Assembly: GCA_002269645.1 (NCBI GenBank)
Contig: NIVC01004064.1
Span: 1 to 62,014 of the forward strand
Direction of reading: 5' to 3'
DNA: 62,014 nt
Source of the DNA: Macrostomum lignano
Taxonomy: Eukaryota
The notes under the pieces are model-generated. The model made no database searches. It was not told where the DNA came from and worked only from the letters and a program-made list of their open reading frames with translations. Numbering within the stretch: the first letter of the stretch is position 1; the number at the start of each line of letters is the position of its first letter. Shown piece after piece: positions 61,301 through 62,014 of the stretch. A program made the position numbers and the translations under genes.

Positions 61301-62014
61301 CGATGGGATCTGGACCGTAGCCGCGCGGATCCAACAGCCTAGCCAGCCGGTGGCTTCGTTTGCAGTGCAGGCGCACTAAATGATAGGCGGTGTCCCAGCG
61401 TGCCGCCGTGCTCCGGATTTAACGGCGGCGGCGGTGCGCCGGGCTCCGGCGATTGGGCCGATTTGTAGGCGCGCAATGCCGGGCCAAGACCGTCGCCGTA
61501 GGGTACGGAGAACACAGGTAGAGAGTGAATGCTCGGGTCCAGTCCATGCCTCTGGATTGGTTGTTTTGCATCAGAGGAGGTGAACTTTCGATACATATCG
61601 GCATATTGTAATTCATACGACAATACTTAGAAATTTTGTCTAGGATTTCTTAGAAACGCATATTTTAAACTTACTAATTAACAAATTACTATTATTTTGA
61701 TACATATCGGCAAATCCAAGAGTACATTTAATATTAACTTTAAATCTCTAGAAGTCTAGTACAAAATTAAACTGTATTTTCTATACATATCGGTAGACTG
61801 AAATGATATAGTAGAACAGTCAAACACTTTTATGAAACTTATATTGGCTTTTGATACATATCTGATGCTAACCTGATGGCATAAACTTAAAAATCAAAGT
61901 GATTATATAATACAATTTCGATACATATCCGTAATTAATACTAATAGATATACCTGTCCCATTGACATCGCCAGCCAGGAGTCGATAGAGTCGCCAAACA
62001 GCTGGCGGTATAAA
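58370..62014 (-). CDS. NUP98: Nucleoporin Nup98-96, 3' part (Nup96 domain)
   Basis: MDWTRAF..YL, DTAYHLVRLH, AWHLWRSLRAIGYSH...YAAKLESQGLWDWALFVLLHI matches the Nup96 conserved block. Exons ~61560-61129, 60329-59888, 58606-58370 join in phase. The first of these needs two indel corrections. Confidence 0.88.
58720..59862. repeat. 36-39 bp minisatellite (CAGTGACCTTGRGATTCATTCAGTGACTGAACTAACAT), intronic
   Basis: Direct reading; internally dimeric (CAGTGAC occurs twice per unit). Confidence 0.96.
60417..61083. repeat. 20 bp minisatellite (TGAATCCTCAATTAGGGATC), intronic
   Basis: Direct reading. Confidence 0.97.

Overview
Eukaryotic (animal) genomic DNA with GT-AG introns, GC-rich exons and very dense micro- and minisatellites. 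The style suggests an invertebrate such as a macrostomid flatworm, but this is inference only. The centrepiece is a ~15 kb Polinton/Maverick (adintovirus-like) endogenous virus at 15445-30414, bounded by ~103 bp TIRs (AGTAGT...ACTACT). It carries an apparently intact integrase, major and minor capsid, packaging ATPase, adenain protease, core proteins, parvovirus-type PLA2 and dUTPase. Its protein-primed PolB has lost the catalytic core. Unusually, it also encodes a TBP-like protein and at least two genes that appear to be spliced. It has no target-site duplication and a 20 bp palindrome at the left junction. Host genes: a SUEL-lectin single-pass membrane protein, a TSP1-Ig single-pass protein, a secreted 7xWSC gene plus a partial paralog, an F-type lectin pseudogene, four PAN/Apple + ALK/LTK-like glycine-rich genes, and the 3' part of Nup98-96. 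Other mobile DNA: a hAT non-autonomous element with a perfect 8 bp TSD, two MITEs, a tRNA-derived SINE, and Penelope-like elements embedded in (CT)n tracts that carry minimal hammerhead ribozymes. Most long ORFs in the supplied track over repeats are artefacts.
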